Assembly: GCA_964535775.1 (NCBI GenBank)
Contig: CAZHTV010000002.1
Span: 1 to 41,977 of the forward strand
Source of the DNA: an uncultured Thermoplasmata archaeon
GTDB lineage: Archaea; Thermoplasmatota; Thermoplasmata; UBA10834
Direction of reading: 5' to 3'
Length of the DNA stretch: 41,977 nt
This document shows, one piece after another, positions 25,907 to 34,332 of this stretch (position 1 is the stretch's first letter; each line of letters starts with the position of its first letter). The notes beneath the pieces were generated by a model. The model searched no databases. It was not told where the DNA came from and worked only from the letters and a program-made list of their open reading frames with translations. The position numbers were made by a program, and so were the translations under genes.

Positions 25907-27232
25907 ATGACCACGGATGTCACTGCCGGTGATGATTCGCCAGCGTCTCCGAAAGGCCTCACAAAGCCAGGCAGTATCCTCTCCTCACTGGCAATATCCA
26001 GGGACTTCTCGATTCTGCTGGCATCCCTTGCGGTCGTGACATTGGGGTTCGGCATACTGACGCCGATTATCCCGAAGTTCGCAGTGGACAATCTGGAGAT
26101 GACCGAATCAGAGATAGGGTTGGTCTACTCTCTGTTCGCAATCACCTTCGCGTTCTTCATGCTGCCTGCCGGCTACTGGGCCGATAAGGTCGGCAGGAAG
26201 CCCATGATCATCTCGGGAATACTCCTCTTCGCGGTGACGACCTTTCTTCTGGCGTTCATCACCGACAAGTACCAGTTCGCGGTTCTGAGAGCGCTCGAAG
26301 GAGTGGGTGCGGCCATGGTTACCCCGGCAGCATTCGCCCTCACCGTCGACCTGGTCCCTGAGAGCAAGAGGGGCATCGCCATGGGGGCGGAGGGGACGGC
26401 GCAGCTGCTGGGTGGACTTGGCGGCCCCGGCTTGGGAGGCTTCCTGGCCGGCGAGATAGGATTCTACTACCCGTTCTATGTGGCTGCGGCGCTTGCCGTC
26501 GCGTGCGCGATTCTGACGGGATTCATAAGATCACCTTTGGCGAGGGTGTCCGACGAGAGACCCTCGCTGTTCTCCATGTTCCGGTCGTGGAAGAGGAACG
26601 CCGCTCAGAACAGGGCTCTTTGGGCGGTCACCACGCGAGGGTTCGTCATGGGCATCGTCCAGGGACTCTGGAACCTCGGCCTCATCCTCTTCTGGTATGA
26701 ACGGCTCGATATGACCACGACCGAACTGGGCTTCGCCATGACCGTCGGCATGTTGGTGATGGTCCTGGCGACGATTCCCTTCGGGGCGATGTCCGACAGG
26801 CACGGCAGACGGCCCTTCATGATCATAGGCGGGGCCACAATGGTGCTCGGTCTGGGACTGAACGTCTTCATCACTGAGGTGTGGCACGTCTTCGTCCTTG
26901 TATCTATAGAGATGTTCGGCGCCGCGATGTCCAACCCTTCGGTCGGTGCGATGCTTGCCGATGTGATGCTCGAAAAGGAGCGCGGCAGGGTGATGGGCGC
27001 CTATCAGATGATCGTGGGGTTCGGGAACATCATCGGGTTCGCGCTGCTTGGATGGGCGTACACTGCAATCAGCCCAGAGGCGCCCATCATAATGTGCACC
27101 TTCGCGCTCGTTGTCGCGACCTCGATCATCGTGCTGTTCGTCGGGGAGACGCGCAAAGCGCCGGCACAAGCTCCGGCAACCGGAGCTGGCAAGGCCGATT
27201 CGGAATGGGTTACCGGTTCGGAGAACAAATGA
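25907..27232 (+). CDS. MFS transporter
   Basis: 441 aa with about 12 hydrophobic segments and a GYWADKVGRKP loop motif between TM2 and TM3. Confidence 0.85.
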   Translation: MTTDVTAGDDSPASPKGLTKPGSILSSLAISRDFSILLASLAVVTLGFGILTPIIPKFAVDNLEMTESEIGLVYSLFAITFAFFMLPAGYWADKVGRKPMIISGILLFAVTTFLLAFITDKYQFAVLRALEGVGAAMVTPAAFALTVDLVPESKRGIAMGAEGTAQLLGGLGGPGLGGFLAGEIGFYYPFYVAAALAVACAILTGFIRSPLARVSDERPSLFSMFRSWKRNAAQNRALWAVTTRGFVMGIVQGLWNLGLILFWYERLDMTTTELGFAMTVGMLVMVLATIPFGAMSDRHGRRPFMIIGGATMVLGLGLNVFITEVWHVFVLVSIEMFGAAMSNPSVGAMLADVMLEKERGRVMGAYQMIVGFGNIIGFALLGWAYTAISPEAPIIMCTFALVVATSIIVLFVGETRKAPAQAPATGAGKADSEWVTGSENK

Positions 27233-27252
27233 CGCACACGCCGAATCCTGAC

Positions 27253-27268
27253 AAGCTTATTATATCGG
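27253..27268 (+). promoter_or_regulatory. Candidate TATA box for pheT
   Basis: AAGCTTATTATATCGG lies ~39 nt upstream of the ATG at 27300. Confidence 0.45.
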
Positions 27269-27299
27269 CAACCGTTTCCTTTTCCCGGGCCAGAGAGAG

Positions 27300-28967
27300 A
27301 TGCCAGTCATAAACTTCAGCTACTCTGACCTTGTCGAGCTGATCGGCAGGGAGGTGAGCAGGGATGTCATGCGGGAGCGGCTCCCGATGATGGGCGCGGA
27401 CATGAAGTCGGCGCCCGACGACTCAGATGACTTCTCTTTCGAGTTCTTCCCTGACAGGCCAGACCTCTACTCCGTTGAGGGCATAGCGAGAGCATTGAGG
27501 GCATTCTTGGACATCGAGCCGGGGCTGCGATCCTATGCGGTTGGCGAGTCCGATGTGGACCTTCTTGTGGACCCATCGGTCAATCACGTGAGGCCGTACA
27601 TCTGGTCGGCACTGGTCGAGGGCAACGAATTCACCGACCCTCTCATACGGTCGATGATGGACCTCCAGGAGAAACTGCATCTGACCCTGGGGCGGAACAG
27701 GAAGAAGGTCGCCATCGGGATACACGATTTCTCCACCGTGAAGCCACCTTTCACATACAAGGCAGTCCTGCCTGACGAGGTGTCGTTCACACCTCTCCAG
27801 GGTTCGAGACGTATGACCCCCGCAGAGATCCTGAAGGAGCACGAGAAAGGGATCGCCTACGCGTTCGTGCTCGAGGGCAAGGAGAGGTACCCGCTCATCG
27901 TCGACAGAGAGGGTGAGGTCCTGTCGCTTCCTCCGATCATCAACGGGACCACCACCGCCCTGACAGAGGATACGAGGGACATACTCGTCGACTGCACGGG
28001 CACCGACCTCGACGCGGTCAAGGCGGCAGTGAACATACTGACGACCGCCTTGGCCGAGCGGGGAGGGAAGGCCAGGACCGTCCGGATACATCAGGGTGGC
28101 GAGGTCATGCTCGCCCCGGACCTGAGGCCGAGAGAACTGCGACTGGACCCGAAGCTCGTGAACAGATGGAACGGCACCAGCCACTCGGAGGAGGAGCTCG
28201 CGCGGTGCATGAGGAGGATGGGGTACGGGGCATCCGTGAGAGGAGACTGCTTGGACATCCTGGTCCCTGCCTACAGATCTGACATCCTGCATCCAGTCGA
28301 CCTGGCGGAGGACGCCGCGATAGGCTACGGCTTCGACAACTTCGGGGAGTCTCTTCCCAGGATGGCCACGTTCGGCACCGAGGATCCGTTGACCACATAT
28401 TCCCAGGCGGTCAAGACCATGATGGTCGGCCTCGGGTACTCCGAGGTGGTCACACTGTCACTGTCCTGTCCAGAGGAGCAGTTCGACGCGATGAACCTTC
28501 CCCATGATAAGCACGCAGTAGTTGTCAAGAACCCAGTGAGCGAGGCGCACGTGCTCCTCAGGACGTCCCTTCTGCCGAGCCTGATGACCATCCTGAGGAA
28601 GAACAAGCATCGGGATCTGCCCCAAAGGCTGTTCGAGGTGGGAGATGTGGTGTCGAAAACCAGGAACAGGACACTGCTATCTGGTGTCGCCATACATTCC
28701 AAGGCCAGCTTCACAGAGGTCAAGTCCTTGGCCCAGGCTGTCATGGGCGGCCTGGCAGTCAGCTCGTCAATCAGCGCCAGGGATCATGCCAGCTTCGTAG
28801 AGGGCAGGTGTGCGGAAGTCGTGGTCTCTGGCGAACCCGTGGGGGTGTTCGGCGAGCTGAAGCCGTCCACGATAGAGGCCTTCGAGCTCAAGTACCCTGT
28901 CGTTGGGTTCGAATTCGATATCGAGACCCTGTTCGGTCTCTCTGTTTCTCGCGAGCGTCCTTCATGA
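27300..28967 (+). CDS. pheT: Phenylalanine--tRNA ligase beta subunit (archaeal type)
   Basis: 555 aa. The N-terminus (MPVINFSYSDLVELIGR...RLPMMGADM) is typical of archaeal PheT and the B3/4 and B5 layout fits. A TATA-like box lies ~39 nt upstream. Confidence 0.9.
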   Translation: MPVINFSYSDLVELIGREVSRDVMRERLPMMGADMKSAPDDSDDFSFEFFPDRPDLYSVEGIARALRAFLDIEPGLRSYAVGESDVDLLVDPSVNHVRPYIWSALVEGNEFTDPLIRSMMDLQEKLHLTLGRNRKKVAIGIHDFSTVKPPFTYKAVLPDEVSFTPLQGSRRMTPAEILKEHEKGIAYAFVLEGKERYPLIVDREGEVLSLPPIINGTTTALTEDTRDILVDCTGTDLDAVKAAVNILTTALAERGGKARTVRIHQGGEVMLAPDLRPRELRLDPKLVNRWNGTSHSEEELARCMRRMGYGASVRGDCLDILVPAYRSDILHPVDLAEDAAIGYGFDNFGESLPRMATFGTEDPLTTYSQAVKTMMVGLGYSEVVTLSLSCPEEQFDAMNLPHDKHAVVVKNPVSEAHVLLRTSLLPSLMTILRKNKHRDLPQRLFEVGDVVSKTRNRTLLSGVAIHSKASFTEVKSLAQAVMGGLAVSSSISARDHASFVEGRCAEVVVSGEPVGVFGELKPSTIEAFELKYPVVGFEFDIETLFGLSVSRERPS

Positions 28968-29021
28968 TCCTCCAACGCGTCCGAAATCATGATATCGGCG
29001 GATGCGATGTTTACCCGACCT

Positions 29022-29108
29022 GCTGAGGTAGCTAAGCCCGGTTCACGGCGCCAGCCTTGAGAGTTGGTGGTACTCCGTACCTCGGGAGTTCAAATCTCCC
29101 CCTCAGCG
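29022..29108 (+). tRNA. tRNA-Ser (anticodon UGA), class II with long variable arm
   Basis: Hand fold: acceptor GCTGAGG/CCTCAGC, anticodon stem CCAGC/GTTGG with loop CUUGAGA, variable arm GGTAC-TCC-GTACC, T arm GGGAG-TTCAAAT-CTCCC, discriminator G. There is no CCA and no intron. Confidence 0.85.
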
Positions 29109-29109
29109 C

Positions 29110-30045
29110 TCATCGCCCTCGCCCCGGGTCCGCCTGTAGCCTCCTCGGGTTGCTCTCCAGGATGTAGACGCCAGCGAATGCGACGATGCCGCCGAGCACG
29201 GCGAGAACAACGGTCCTCGGTAGCATGATCTCCGCATCAGGGAAGACCAGCAGCACGAGGAGCTGTACACCCACTGTCATTATTCCGGTGAGCGCGAACA
29301 GGACCGATGTCATTGACGCCCCTATCTTCGGCAGGCCAGCATTGTATGTGAGCAATCCCGCTGCGGGGAAGAGGCCGATGAGGACCAGTATCAGCCAACC
29401 ATACATGTCAGGCCAGGTGACCAACCCAGAGGCAACGCCGACAGCAAGGAGCATGAATCCGGAGAGCAGGAGCTCCAGGCCTGAGAACGGAGTCAGTCTG
29501 TACCTCCTCAGAAGCACAGTCGTGAGGACGACTGAAGTCCCGAGAACAAAGGAGCTCAGTATGGCCTCGACCTCCCCGAGCCCCATGTCGAGGCTGATGG
29601 TGTCTACATCAGCGAGGACCAGGAACACGCCGACCACGATCATGACACCCCCAACTGCTTCGAACCTGCCAAGGCGCTCGCGGAGGAATATTGCAGACAG
29701 CAGGACGACGAAGAGCACCTCGGACGACCCTCCGCCCAAGAGCGCTTCTTTCCCCGCGCCGATCCTGCCAACCGAATCGAACCACAGGAGCACGCCCACA
29801 GCTACTATCGCGCAGAGGATGAACATCGACCCCCAGCCCTTCCTTCCGAGGGTCTTGACGAAGGCTGCAGAGCCTCGCGGCCTGAGCGATAGGAGGACCA
29901 GCCCGCCCACTATCGAAGGGAATGACGACACGAGAAAGATGTTGATGTCTGCGATGTTCAGGGCGCCCTCGATAGCGACGGTTTCAAAGGCCACGATGAG
30001 AGCGGAGAGCAGAACGACCACGATGTACTTTGTCCTGACGTCCAA
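29110..30045 (-). CDS. EamA/DMT-family transporter
   Basis: 311 aa with about 10 hydrophobic helices in two repeated halves. The stop codon lies 1 nt from the tRNA-Ser 3' end. Confidence 0.8.
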   Translation of the reverse strand: MDVRTKYIVVVLLSALIVAFETVAIEGALNIADINIFLVSSFPSIVGGLVLLSLRPRGSAAFVKTLGRKGWGSMFILCAIVAVGVLLWFDSVGRIGAGKEALLGGGSSEVLFVVLLSAIFLRERLGRFEAVGGVMIVVGVFLVLADVDTISLDMGLGEVEAILSSFVLGTSVVLTTVLLRRYRLTPFSGLELLLSGFMLLAVGVASGLVTWPDMYGWLILVLIGLFPAAGLLTYNAGLPKIGASMTSVLFALTGIMTVGVQLLVLLVFPDAEIMLPRTVVLAVLGGIVAFAGVYILESNPRRLQADPGRGR

Positions 30046-30113
30046 GGGCTCCCTCGCCGCTCAATGGCCGGATACTATTGATACCTTTTGCAGGTCAAAA
30101 GCGACGTTCCCTC

Positions 30114-30125
30114 AACATTTATCTG
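30114..30125 (+). promoter_or_regulatory. Candidate BRE/TATA for the Cys-rich gene pair
   Basis: The sequence is AACATTTATCTG. Near-identical AAACATTTAT(C/A)T elements occur on the minus strand at 22541-22553 and 38761-38773, each ~30 nt upstream of a start codon. Confidence 0.45.
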
Positions 30126-30163
30126 CGCGCATGCGAATGTTGATGTTCGCAGAAGGGAACGGG

Positions 30164-30460
30164 ATGGGGTCTTCCTGTAGATACAGCTACCTCAGCGGAG
30201 CTTGCGCGAACAAGCATGTGGACAGCCTCCAGTGTGTCGGAGAGGACAAGTGCGAGTTCGCGGGACTGAACGTCATGACGGCGAAGAAGGCCGAGTCAAG
30301 GGTCGACGGATCTGGGTTTGACAGGTGGCTTGGCCTCTACTGCGAGAAACACAGGAGGTTTCACGCGCCCGGCGGGGAGGACTGTCTGGGCACGAGCGGC
30401 CATACTGTGACGCCTTCAGTCCTCCAGAAGCGGCCTTCCGCCTTCGGCGAGGAGCCGTGA
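30164..30460 (+). CDS. Small Cys-rich protein (paralogue 1)
   Basis: This is the 3' part of track ORF 29186..30460; the rest of that ORF is antisense to the EamA gene. The translation reads MGSSCRYSYLSGACANKHVDSLQCVGEDKC...YCEKHRRFHAPGGEDC. A TATA-like AACATTTATCTG at 30114-30125 favours the ATG at 30164 over 30131. Confidence 0.5.
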   Translation: MGSSCRYSYLSGACANKHVDSLQCVGEDKCEFAGLNVMTAKKAESRVDGSGFDRWLGLYCEKHRRFHAPGGEDCLGTSGHTVTPSVLQKRPSAFGEEP

Positions 30461-30464
30461 CAAG

Positions 30465-30686
30465 ATGAAGTGCAGATTCCGGACAGCGGACAGCCTGTGC
30501 ACGGGCAAGTACAATGGTTTTGCGTGCATCGGCAGACAGTGCTCGTATTACATGGAATCGCTCAAGTGCGAGCATCACGAGGAGACCGGGGACTACTGCA
30601 GGAAGTACGCGCGGTTCGGATGCGTCGGCAAGGACAGCTGCGGAACCCTTGCTGACTACCTCGCTGCAACTGCGGAAGAGGCCTGA
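30465..30686 (+). CDS. Small Cys-rich protein (paralogue 2; 8 Cys in 73 aa)
   Basis: It starts 4 nt after the previous stop. It carries two internal copies of a C-x8/9-C-x7/8-C-[IV]G-x2/3-C motif. Confidence 0.55.
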   Translation: MKCRFRTADSLCTGKYNGFACIGRQCSYYMESLKCEHHEETGDYCRKYARFGCVGKDSCGTLADYLAATAEEA

Positions 30687-31666
30687 GACGGCCGGTCGTA
30701 CAACTCGGGCCTGATCCGCGGGATGAGCGCCATCAGGACGGCTATCTCAGTAAGAGAGGTCCTGTCGATCAGTCCATCCGAAAGGTATCCTACAGAGCCC
30801 ATCTTGTGGCCTATTCCCTCTATCTCTGTCATCCTGCTCATAGTGTCGCCGACCGTGGCCCCTTCCAGGACCGCGGTGATGACCTCTGGCGGGTATTCGA
30901 ATCCGGGTCCGTGACCGACTGTCATGCGGCCGGACGAGTCGACGATCGCACAGTACTGTATGTCGAGGTACCTTCCGAGGATTCTGTTGTGGAACAGCCC
31001 GGCCTCTATTCCGACCCCGAAATCTGTCTTCTCCCTGCTCAGCGCCTGCCGGGCTCTGCGGACCGCACCCTCGATGGTCTTCTCCCCGAGCGGCTGCTTG
31101 TTCCCGCTCTGGTCGGTCTCGATGCCGCGAACATCGACCAGGCCGAACGCCTGGGTGAAGATGTTCCTGACCGCATCGACCTTGACCTTGTTCGTTGAGC
31201 CGACTGCCACGCTGATCGCGCGTAGCAACCTGCCCTCCTTGTCGATCTCCCCTTTCACGATCCTCGATGCGCTGATGAGGAACGAGTCGTCCGCCCGCAC
31301 CTCTTTTATTGAGAACACCTTCAAGGGCTTCAGGCCGTTCCTGCGCCTGAGCTCGTTGATCCTGTCTGCCTGATCGCGTGTCTCGGGGGATACGACTATG
31401 GCGTCCAGGATCTCCGATGTGGCGGCCGTGCCTGCGCTGTCCGAGATCATGATTATGTCGAAGGGCTTCCCGAACCTGCCCAGGTACTTCGCGAGGCTCT
31501 TCTTCCTCTGAAAGTACGGCGCCACGGGTACGCTCTTGATACTCTTGGCGAACTCGTCGGAAGTCAATCCGACTTCCACTGAGTCGCCTACTGTGAAGGC
31601 CGTCTCGAAGAGCAGCTCGTGGCCCTTATGGAGTACGTTGAAGGTGCCGCCGACACCAACTCTCAT
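30656..31666 (-). CDS. coaD: Fusion: archaeal phosphopantetheine adenylyltransferase (N-terminal) + YjjX/DUF84-type inosine/xanthosine triphosphatase (C-terminal)
   Basis: From the ATG at 31666. The N-terminal half (MRVGVGGTFNVLHKGHELL...GLTSDEF) is archaeal PPAT-like. The C-terminal half is collinear with E. coli YjjX: VAVGSTNKVKVDAV, NKQPLGEKTIEGAVRRA, DFGVGIEAGL, GSVGYLSDGLIDRTS, ALIP. The track's N-terminal extension (31667-31840) is spurious. Confidence 0.75.
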   Translation of the reverse strand: MRVGVGGTFNVLHKGHELLFETAFTVGDSVEVGLTSDEFAKSIKSVPVAPYFQRKKSLAKYLGRFGKPFDIIMISDSAGTAATSEILDAIVVSPETRDQADRINELRRRNGLKPLKVFSIKEVRADDSFLISASRIVKGEIDKEGRLLRAISVAVGSTNKVKVDAVRNIFTQAFGLVDVRGIETDQSGNKQPLGEKTIEGAVRRARQALSREKTDFGVGIEAGLFHNRILGRYLDIQYCAIVDSSGRMTVGHGPGFEYPPEVITAVLEGATVGDTMSRMTEIEGIGHKMGSVGYLSDGLIDRTSLTEIAVLMALIPRIRPELYDRPSQASSAVAAR

Positions 31667-31668
31667 CA

Positions 31669-31869
31669 CTAACTCCCCATGAACACAAGTACCATCGCCC
31701 CGATGAATACCGCGACCATCAGCCCGTAGAAGTAGATGAGCTGGCGCTTCTTGGCCAGCATCTTGCCCTTGAACTCCCCCTCGCACTTGTCGTCGCAGAA
31801 CTTGTCCTTGTAGGGGATGGCCTTGTCGCAGTTCTGGCAATGCCTGTGCTGGCCGACGCGCTCTACCAG
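31669..31869 (-). CDS. Possible small zinc-ribbon membrane protein (DUF2116-like) with no canonical start codon; CTG start proposed
   Basis: The frame reads (L/M)VERVGQHRHCQNCDKAIPYKDKFCDDKCEGEFKGKMLAKKRQLIYFYGLMVAVFIGAMVLVFMGS*. It has a C-x2-C-x10-C-x3-C ribbon, a basic stretch and a TM helix. GGTGA lies 4 nt upstream of the CTG at 31869 and a TATA-like ACGATATATCC at ~31901-31912. The only in-frame ATG would remove the ribbon. Confidence 0.4.
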   Translation of the reverse strand: MVERVGQHRHCQNCDKAIPYKDKFCDDKCEGEFKGKMLAKKRQLIYFYGLMVAVFIGAMVLVFMGS

Positions 31870-31925
31870 ATGCTCACCGACCAGGTCAAGACCCTGCCGG
31901 GATATATCGTTTGTCCAATCGACGG

Positions 31926-32852
31926 TCAGTCCTCGCGCCTGACGCCTTCAGACCCCACTCTGACAACTATCGGCTCCCCGCCCGAGTTCCTGATCGCCTC
32001 TGCGACCGACCCGACGTCGTCCGTCAACGCGATCATACTGCCCCCGCCTCCTGCGCCTGTGAGCTTCGCACCGTATGAATGAGGCTTGACAGCGCCCACG
32101 AGTTCATCCAGCGCGGGATGCCCGACCCCGAGTGAGTTCAAGAGCCCTTGGTTCTCGTCCATGAGCTTCCCGAGCCTCCTCTTGTCCCTGGCCTTGAGTG
32201 CGTCGACGCCCTCGAGGACTATCTCCCCTATCCTGTCGACGGCAGTTCCGGCCTCAGGGTTCTGGTCGACCAGCTTCTTCACCTTCGCGACGAGAGGCCC
32301 GGTTGAGGCGTGAATGCCCGTGTATCCGACTACGAAATCGAGCTTGGGAACTTCGCAGTGATGCATGTTCCAGACGCTGCCTCCGTGCTCGATCCTCCAG
32401 AGGAACCCATCCTTCTCTTCCGGCGAGACGAGAACACCGTTTCCGTGCGTGGAGATTGAGGTGTCTGTTGGGCTCGCGCGTCCCTGGACCTTGAGCTCGA
32501 CCGCGAAGGACTTCTTGGCAACGGCTTCCGGGCTGAGCCTCCCCTTCGAACTCAGCATAGCGGCAACAGACGACACGGTCACCGCCGCGGATGACCCGAG
32601 ACCCGAGCCGGAAGGGATCTCGGAGACAGTGTCGACGTTGATCGGCGGGCCTCCCCACGCCTCGTCGAGAGCTGCGGAGATGTAGGCATGGTGCTTCTTC
32701 CTCATCGGCCGTCCGTTGACGCTGTACTCGTGCGACTTGCAGACGGAAGCGGAAATCCTCAGGTCTATCGCCAGGCCCAGCGCGGGCTTCCCGAAGACGA
32801 CCGCGTGTTCGCCGAACAGAATCATCTTCCCCGGCGCCGAGCACTTCGTCAT
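31926..32852 (-). CDS. mvk: Mevalonate kinase
   Basis: From the ATG at 32852 (MTKCSAPGKMILFGEHAVVFGKPALG). It has the GHMP motif IPSGSGLGSSAAV and GAKLTGAGGGGSMIAL. GGAGGAG lies upstream of this ATG. Confidence 0.85.
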   Translation of the reverse strand: MTKCSAPGKMILFGEHAVVFGKPALGLAIDLRISASVCKSHEYSVNGRPMRKKHHAYISAALDEAWGGPPINVDTVSEIPSGSGLGSSAAVTVSSVAAMLSSKGRLSPEAVAKKSFAVELKVQGRASPTDTSISTHGNGVLVSPEEKDGFLWRIEHGGSVWNMHHCEVPKLDFVVGYTGIHASTGPLVAKVKKLVDQNPEAGTAVDRIGEIVLEGVDALKARDKRRLGKLMDENQGLLNSLGVGHPALDELVGAVKPHSYGAKLTGAGGGGSMIALTDDVGSVAEAIRNSGGEPIVVRVGSEGVRRED

Positions 32853-32876
32853 CAATACTCCTCCAGCCCCGAATCC

Positions 32877-32890
32877 GGTTATATCCTTTT
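32877..32890 (-). promoter_or_regulatory. Candidate BRE/TATA for mvk
   Basis: The minus strand reads AAAAGGATATAACC, ~30 nt upstream of the ATG at 32852. Confidence 0.45.
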
Positions 32891-32940
32891 CCATGAGCTT
32901 CAGCCACCTCGCTCTTCTGTCATTGCCGATTGACCCCTGC

Positions 32941-32953
32941 AAAAGGATTAAGA
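32941..32953 (+). promoter_or_regulatory. Candidate BRE/TATA for hmgA
   Basis: AAAAGGATTAAGA lies ~48 nt upstream of the ATG at 32995. Confidence 0.45.
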
Positions 32954-32994
32954 CCGCAGTACGGGGTTCGGCATACCAGCACCGGTGTTGACTC

Positions 32995-34278
32995 ATGGTA
33001 CGCAGTTCGAGGATAGAGGGTTTCTACAAGCTGACGATTGCCGAACGCCTCAGAATCGTGAAGGAGTTCGGGGACCTCACTGACGAAGAGGCACTTGCTC
33101 TAGCAGGCTTCGGGGGGATCGACCCGACCATCCCGGACAGGATGGTGGAGAACGCGGTCGGGTCTTTCCAGATGCCGCTTGGAATAGCGGTCAACTTCAG
33201 GATAAATGACAAGGACTACCTGATACCGATGGCGATCGAGGAGCCTTCCGTCGTGGCTGCGGCCTCGAACGCCGCGAAGATGGCGCGGGGATCGGGTGGG
33301 TTCTCCGCCAGCAGTACTCCGCCGATGATGATCGGCCAGGTCCAGGTCACAAGGATTTCCGAGCCCGCGAGCGCCAAGGAGGCTTTGCTCCGCAGGAAGG
33401 ATGAGATACTGGCGCTTGCCAACATGCAGGACCCGATGCTGGTTGATATGGGCGGAGGGGCAAAGGACATGGAGGTAAGGGTGATCGAGACCAAGCACGG
33501 CCCCAATGTAATCCTTCACCTCCATGTCGACGTGAGGGACGCCATGGGCGCGAACGCGGTCAACACGATGGCGGAATCGATAGCACCCATGGTGGAGGAC
33601 ATAACGGGGGGGAAGGTGTTACTCAGAATCCTGTCGAACCTGGCATCGCTCCGGCTCGCGCGTGCGAGCGCACTGTGGACAAAGGAAGCGATAGGCGGGG
33701 AGGACGCTGTGGACGGCATCGTAGAGGCGTTTCTGTTCGCGGAGGCAGACCCTTACAGATGCGCGACGCACAACAAAGGGATAATGAACGGTATCGATTC
33801 AGTGGTGATCGCGACAGGAAACGATTGGCGAGCCATCGAGGCAGGAGCCCATGCATATGCCGCAAGGACCGGCAGCTACAAACCCCTCACAAGTTTCGAG
33901 AAGACGAAGGACGGTGACCTCGCAGGCTCGATAGAGCTGCCAATGGCGGTCGGCCTGGTGGGAGGGGCGACGAAGGTGCACCCGACTGCCAGGGCATGCA
34001 TCAAGCTTCTGGGCGTGAAGAAGGCGGGCGAGCTTGCGGAGATAGTGGCCGCTGTGGGCCTCGCGCAGAACTTCGCGGCCCTGAGAGCGTTGGCGACTGT
34101 TGGCATACAGAAGGGGCACATGACCCTGCACGCGAAGAACATAGTCGCTTCTGTCGGATGCCCTCCGGAGTTGGTTGACGAGGTCGTCAGGATCATAGTA
34201 TCTGAAAAGAAGATACGTATGGACCGTGCGCAGGAGGTCATCCGAGACCTCGAACGCAAGAGAGGTACCACGCGGTAG
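32995..34278 (+). CDS. hmgA: HMG-CoA reductase, class II type
   Basis: 427 aa with no membrane domain. It has ENAVGSFQMPLGIAVNFRIN, PMAIEEPSVVAAASNAAK, DAMGANAVNTMAE and VGLVGGATKVHP, which fit class II. Confidence 0.9.
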   Translation: MVRSSRIEGFYKLTIAERLRIVKEFGDLTDEEALALAGFGGIDPTIPDRMVENAVGSFQMPLGIAVNFRINDKDYLIPMAIEEPSVVAAASNAAKMARGSGGFSASSTPPMMIGQVQVTRISEPASAKEALLRRKDEILALANMQDPMLVDMGGGAKDMEVRVIETKHGPNVILHLHVDVRDAMGANAVNTMAESIAPMVEDITGGKVLLRILSNLASLRLARASALWTKEAIGGEDAVDGIVEAFLFAEADPYRCATHNKGIMNGIDSVVIATGNDWRAIEAGAHAYAARTGSYKPLTSFEKTKDGDLAGSIELPMAVGLVGGATKVHPTARACIKLLGVKKAGELAEIVAAVGLAQNFAALRALATVGIQKGHMTLHAKNIVASVGCPPELVDEVVRIIVSEKKIRMDRAQEVIRDLERKRGTTR

Positions 34279-34332
34279 CAGTCGGTTCCGGGCTTTCGCA
34301 AAAGTATAACTCACCGAGAGCAATCCAGAGCC

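Noticed and set aside
27423-28292. 289-aa minus-strand ORF
   Set aside because: It is antisense to pheT.
29022-29108. The long-variable-arm tRNA as tRNA-Leu
   Set aside because: The only consistent 5-bp anticodon stem gives the loop CUUGAGA, with anticodon UGA. The discriminator is G, as expected for archaeal tRNA-Ser; archaeal tRNA-Leu has A.
29186-30130. First ~315 codons of the 424-aa plus-strand ORF 29186..30460
   Set aside because: This part is antisense to the EamA transporter gene. Only the last ~98 codons, downstream of a TATA-like box, look like a real Cys-rich gene.
31667-31840. TTG-initiated N-terminal extension of the PPAT fusion ORF (MPELRQGHPLQGQ...)
   Set aside because: PPAT homology starts at MRVGVGGTFN (ATG 31666). 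The extension is low-complexity and overlaps, in another frame, a far more protein-like Zn-ribbon/TM ORF.
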